DNA of 64,000 nucleotides from an uncultured delta proteobacterium (lineage in GTDB: Bacteria; Myxococcota_A; Polyangia; Polyangiales; Polyangiaceae): the NCBI GenBank assembly GCA_963806225.1, contig CAWDXG010000004.1, positions 3,008,001 to 3,072,000 of the forward strand, given 5' to 3'. Below are positions 59,036 through 64,000 of the stretch, in pieces; positions within the stretch are counted from its first letter, which is position 1; each line of letters opens with the position of its first letter. A program made the translations under genes and the position numbers. Below the pieces are notes generated by a model. It ran no database searches. It saw nothing but the letters and a program-made list of their open reading frames with translations, and was not told the origin of the DNA.

Positions 59036-60365
59036 CTACTTCGTGAAGACGGTCACGTCGGCCGACAACCCGGCGCGCATCGGCTCGTCGGGCGCACGGT
59101 CCCACGACAGACGCACCGGTACGCGCTGCACCACCTTGACGAAGTTGCCGGAAGCGTTGTCGGGCGGGAGCAGCGCGAAGCGCGCCCCCGTCGCACCGGA
59201 GAGGCTCTCGACACGCGCGCTGAACTTCTTTCCCGGATAGGCATCGAGCTTGATCTCGGCCTTCTGGCCAGCGCGGATGCGCGCGAGCTGGGTCTCCTTG
59301 AAGTCGGCGACAATGTACGTCTCGTTCGGCACGAACTCGGCCACGGGCTGCCCGGGCTGGACCAGTTGGCCTTGGTGCACCGACAGCTTCGACACGAGAC
59401 CGTCCGCAGGTGCGGTGATGTGCGTGTACGACAGCTGCAGCTTGACCAGACCGAGAGCTGCCTTGGTCGATTTCACGCGAGCGTGCGCAAGCTTGGCGTT
59501 GGCCTCGGCCACCGCGATCTGCGAATCGATCGGCTTGCTCTGGTCCAGCCGCCCCTGGGCCTGGGCCACCTGGCTCAGCGCAACCTGCTTGCCCTGTTTG
59601 GCGGCGGTGAGCTGGGCCTGGGCCAGAGCGACGGCCGCCTGGGCCGAGTCGTCGGCGGCCTGGGCATTATCGAGCTGCTGCTGCGGCACAGCGTTGCTCT
59701 TCAAGAGCTCAGCGCACGCGCGCGAGATCCAGTGCGGTGCGATGGGCCTGGGCCTTGGCGCGCTTCAGCGCGGCCTCGCCCGCCTCCACCTGGGCCTGGG
59801 CGCTCTGCACCTGCTCGGAAGAGCCGGAGACCATGGCCTTCGCAGTAGTGAGCCCACCCTTCGCGCTGGCTTCGGCCACCTTCGCCTGGTTGTCGGCGGC
59901 AACGGCCTGCGCTTCGGCTGTCTCCACCTGGGCTTCGGCCTGCTGCACCTTGGCCCGGAAGTCGGCGTCGTCGAGCTCGACCAGAAGCTGCCCCTTCTTC
60001 ACCTTCTGGTTGTCCTTGATGTGCACGCGCAGCACCTGTCCGCCGACGCGGGCGCCGATGGGCACGATGTCCGCCTCGACCTGGGCGTCGTCGGTCGACT
60101 CCTGACCCGCGGTCAGGACGAGGTATCCGCCGATGACGGCGAGCACGACCAGTGCGAGCCCGGCAAGGACCACGAAGGGGCTGCGGCGCTTGCGGCGGCG
60201 CGAGGCGGACCTTTTCTCCGGCGTGCCCGCGTCGACCGCGGAGCCCGGCTCCGCAGCGGTCTCTGCGTCGCCGCCGGGCGAGGACGTCGGCTCTTCGAGA
60301 GGGGCCGATGCCGGAGGAGCGCCGTGGACGGGACGTTCATCCGGGCGGGGAGAGGACTGTGCCAT
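59036..60365 (-). CDS. EmrA-like membrane fusion protein; frameshift ~59710
   Basis: STDDAQV, DNQ.VKKGQLL, FKETQL, FALLPPDNASGNFVKVVQRVPV. Confidence 0.92.
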
Positions 60366-60369
60366 TTTC

Positions 60370-61995
60370 TCAAAGCTCCATCGGTTCGTTGTGCGGCGGT
60401 TTGGCGACCTTCGTCCGCTCCTGCTTCAGGAACAGAAGGACCGGCAACGCCATCAGAAATAGAGCGCCGGCCAGCAGGAACACTTTCTCGAAAGCGAGCA
60501 TCATGGCCTGGCGGGAAATCGTGAATCCGAGCGCGCTCCGCGCCGCCACGGCGGCGCTGTCGCGGTCGAAGCCGTGCATCTGCAGCATGCCCTGGACGTT
60601 GTGCATGTAGCCCATCACCGTCGGGCGGGTCTCGGTGATGTGCGACGCGAGGCTCGACTGCGCCTGGTCAGCGTAGCGCGTCAGAAGGGTGGCGAACACG
60701 GCGAGCCCCACCGACCCGCCGATCTGGCGGATCAGACCGAAAAGCCCGGTCGCCTCGGTGAGCTTGTGCCGCGGGACACTCATGAACGCCACCGTACTCA
60801 GCGGGACGAACAGGCAGCTGAAGCCGACGCCCTGGAACAGAATGGCGCCGATGATCTGCCCGTAGCCCGTGGCCAGCGTGAACTTGCTCATCAGGAAGGC
60901 GCCGACCGAGACCATGATCACGCCAAAACCGATGATCAGCCGGGGGGAGACCGAGTTGTAGAAGCGCCCCACGATGGGTGTTGCCAACATCATGATCAAC
61001 ACGCGTGGCACGACCGTCACTCCGGCGTCGAACGCCGAGAAGCCCAACAGCTCCTCCATGAACACCGGCAGGAGGAACATGCTCGCCATCAGCATCGCGA
61101 ACATGATCATGGCGACCAGGGTCCCCGACAGGAACACCGGGTCCTTGAACAAGCGCAGGTTCACCGCCGGGACGGGCGCGGTCAGCTCCCGGATGGCGAA
61201 TGCGGCCAGCGCGAAGACGGCGACGAGCAGGCAACCGACGATCACGCGGGAGTTGAACCAATCGTCGCGCTGGCCTTCCTCGAGCAGGTACTGGAGCGCG
61301 GCCAGGCCCACGCACAGAAGCCCGATGCCCGCCCAGTCCATGTTCTTCTTCTGCTTCTCGGCCATTGCGTGGTTCGCCGCGCGGATGTCCTCAGGCTCCG
61401 GCACGAAACGCGACACCATGAACAGCCCGAGCAGACCAACCGGGATATTGACGTAGAAGATCCAGGGCCAGCTGTAGTGGTCGACGATGTAGCCGCCGAG
61501 CGTCGGACCGATGGCGGGACCGATCATGACGGCCATACCGAACATGGCCATCGCCATGCCCTGCTCCTCGGGCGGAAAGGTCTGCCGGAGGATCGCCGAC
61601 TCTGTCGGCTGCAACGCGCCCGCGCCGAAGCCCTGCAGCACCCGGAACGCGACGAGGGTCTCCAGGCTGCGCGCCATGCCGCACAGCGCCGAGCCGACCA
61701 GGAAGAGGCCCAGGCAGAACATGTAGAAGCGCTTCTGCCCGAAGAAGCGTCCCATGAACGCCGTCAGCGGCATGATCAGCACGTTGGCGATCACGAAACC
61801 TGTGGTGATCCAGGTAATCTGCTCGATGCTGGCGCCGACGGCTCCACGGATGTGCGGAATCGCCACGTTGACGATCGACGAGTCGATCGTACCCATCAAG
61901 GTGCCGAACGTCACGCTGACCGTGACCAGCCACTTGTTGACGGGCACCTCGACCGAAGCGGGGCGGACGGCGCCGGGCAGCGCGGCGCTCGTCAT
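60370..61995 (-). CDS. EmrB/QacA (DHA2) MFS efflux transporter
   Basis: IDSSIVNVA, RVLQGFGAG, GPAIGPTLGG, WPWIFYVNIPVG, RQIGGSVG. Confidence 0.95.
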   Translation of the reverse strand: MTSAALPGAVRPASVEVPVNKWLVTVSVTFGTLMGTIDSSIVNVAIPHIRGAVGASIEQITWITTGFVIANVLIMPLTAFMGRFFGQKRFYMFCLGLFLVGSALCGMARSLETLVAFRVLQGFGAGALQPTESAILRQTFPPEEQGMAMAMFGMAVMIGPAIGPTLGGYIVDHYSWPWIFYVNIPVGLLGLFMVSRFVPEPEDIRAANHAMAEKQKKNMDWAGIGLLCVGLAALQYLLEEGQRDDWFNSRVIVGCLLVAVFALAAFAIRELTAPVPAVNLRLFKDPVFLSGTLVAMIMFAMLMASMFLLPVFMEELLGFSAFDAGVTVVPRVLIMMLATPIVGRFYNSVSPRLIIGFGVIMVSVGAFLMSKFTLATGYGQIIGAILFQGVGFSCLFVPLSTVAFMSVPRHKLTEATGLFGLIRQIGGSVGLAVFATLLTRYADQAQSSLASHITETRPTVMGYMHNVQGMLQMHGFDRDSAAVAARSALGFTISRQAMMLAFEKVFLLAGALFLMALPVLLFLKQERTKVAKPPHNEPMEL

Positions 61996-62639
61996 GGGTT
62001 CTTGCGGGCTCCGTTGAGGAAGATATCGACCAGCTGCGGCGCACGCTGGACGAGCGAGCCGGGCGGGTTCGTCTCGTACAGCGTGCGTACCAGCACTCCC
62101 CTCAACATGCCCATGAGCAACGCGGGATAGAGCGCCGCGCATTCGGGACGCAGCCGCCCCGTCGCAAGCCCCCGCTCCACGAGCGCTTCGAAGCGGGAAT
62201 AGAGAACGCGCATCGTCTCGCGCGGGCGCATCGCCGCCGGCATGGCCTGGGCATCGCGCGCGTGCTCGCCTTCCATCAGGATCGACAGGAAGCGCTGGTG
62301 CGCTTCGAAATGCGCGAGCAGCGTGCGCAGCACGGCCTCGAGCTGGGCAGCGAAGGGCTCGCCGGAGTGCTCGGCCAGCACCTGGTCAAGCTGCCCCACG
62401 AGGTCCTTCCTGCGCGAGTCGATCAGCGCGGCCAGGAGCGCACTCTTGTCGGAGAAGTAGTTGTACAGGGTGCCCACCGACACACCCGCGCGCCCCGCGA
62501 TCTCGTCCATGCGGGTCGCGTGCAGACCGCTTTCGGCGAAGGCTTCTTCCGCGGCTTCGAGGATCGCCGAGGAGGTGGCCTCGCGCAGCCGATCCCGCAG
62601 GCGCTGGGGGTGAGGTTCAGTATTTGAACCTGAGTTCAT
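61992..62639 (-). CDS. TetR/AcrR family regulator
   Basis: ILEAAEEAFAESGLHATRMDEIAGRAGVSVGTLYNYFSDK. Confidence 0.93.
   Translation of the reverse strand: MNSGSNTEPHPQRLRDRLREATSSAILEAAEEAFAESGLHATRMDEIAGRAGVSVGTLYNYFSDKSALLAALIDSRRKDLVGQLDQVLAEHSGEPFAAQLEAVLRTLLAHFEAHQRFLSILMEGEHARDAQAMPAAMRPRETMRVLYSRFEALVERGLATGRLRPECAALYPALLMGMLRGVLVRTLYETNPPGSLVQRAPQLVDIFLNGARKNP
62613..62638. promoter_or_regulatory. Probable TetR operator (overlapping palindromes in first codons)
   Basis: AGGTTCA-GTATT-TGAACCT (62613-62631) overlapping TGAAC-CTGA-GTTCA (62625-62638). Confidence 0.6.
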
Positions 62640-62758
62640 AAGTTGGCGTGGATCCCTAGAGCCAACCTTGAGCTCGCGCAAGAGCAGAGACGCTGCGCAG
62701 CACGCAACAGCCCGGATCTACACTGTTCTGGCGCGGCGGGCGGCCAGCTGCCGGGGCA

Positions 62759-63293
62759 CTATCCCGGGCGGCGCGAGCTCGGCACCCGCCCGGCCGCCAC
62801 CGAGGCCGGCCCCGCGTCGAGCTCGTCGAGCAGGCGGCCCCAGCTGACGCCATTGTCCACGCCAAGCATGCGGGCGATTTCCACCAGGGCGTCTTCTTCT
62901 TCTTTCGTCACGCCCGTGGGGACGTTCGAGCGCATGCCCCGAGGCCCTCGCGATCGACTCGCAGTGCACGAGTAGATCGTGGAGCTCTTCCGGGTGGACC
63001 AGCGGCTCGCCGTCTTCGGCCTGCGCCAGGTAGAACAGATCCTTCATTCCCTCGTTGAAGTACTCCCTGGTCGGCCGCTCGAAGAGCCAGCCGTCGAGGA
63101 TCGACAGTCCCGTGGGGCCCAGGTGGAAGCGCGTCTTGGCAATTTCGTCGATGCGCTCGATCTCCGCGTCGTCCATGTGCCCGTCCGCCCACGCGACGTA
63201 CACGAGCGGCAGCAGCATCAACACCCGATACGTCTCGGCGGTGAAGCCAAGTGATTTCAACGAATCCTTGAGTGTGTTGTCGATCGAGAACAC
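62759..63293 (-). CDS. TerB-like helical protein; frameshift ~62925
   Basis: LLPLVYVAWADGHMDDAEIERI; ESIARASG then shifted-frame GVTKEEEDALVEIARMLG. Confidence 0.65.
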
Positions 63294-63340
63294 GCTGGCA
63301 GCCCTCGCCCTCCAATGTCCGGCCTGCGCCGCGCCGGGCG

Positions 63341-64000
<660 letters not shown>

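Overview
High-GC window, most likely from a myxobacterium (Polyangiales/Sorangiineae-like). This rests on a MYXO-CTERM protein, a TIGR02266-type PilZ-like protein, several Hanks-type Ser/Thr kinases and many Gly-linker, Cys-rich lipoproteins. Housekeeping genes include mdh, sucCD, ndk, dapD, dapE, fdhD, proS, gloB and tRNA-Arg(CCG). The window also holds two efflux operons, a B12-dependent acyl-CoA mutase with isobutyryl-CoA mutase-type residues, and signalling genes. Many genes are broken by small indels, densest at 36.5-43.4 kb, which points to sequencing or assembly error rather than real pseudogenes. Top candidate for a novel system: a small lipoprotein-signal peptide with three DVVANLV(A/P)PP cores, hidden by a frameshift and directly upstream of a ferritin-like diiron enzyme (possible RiPP-like pair, 28.8-30.0 kb). 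Second: a secreted Cys-containing leader ORF ending in RPPRA, upstream of two tandem triple-thioredoxin DsbA-like genes (3.7-8.3 kb). Third: a cluster of thrombospondin-like Cys-rich lipoproteins around a phospholipase C. All assignments come from motif recognition by eye; no database searches were run.
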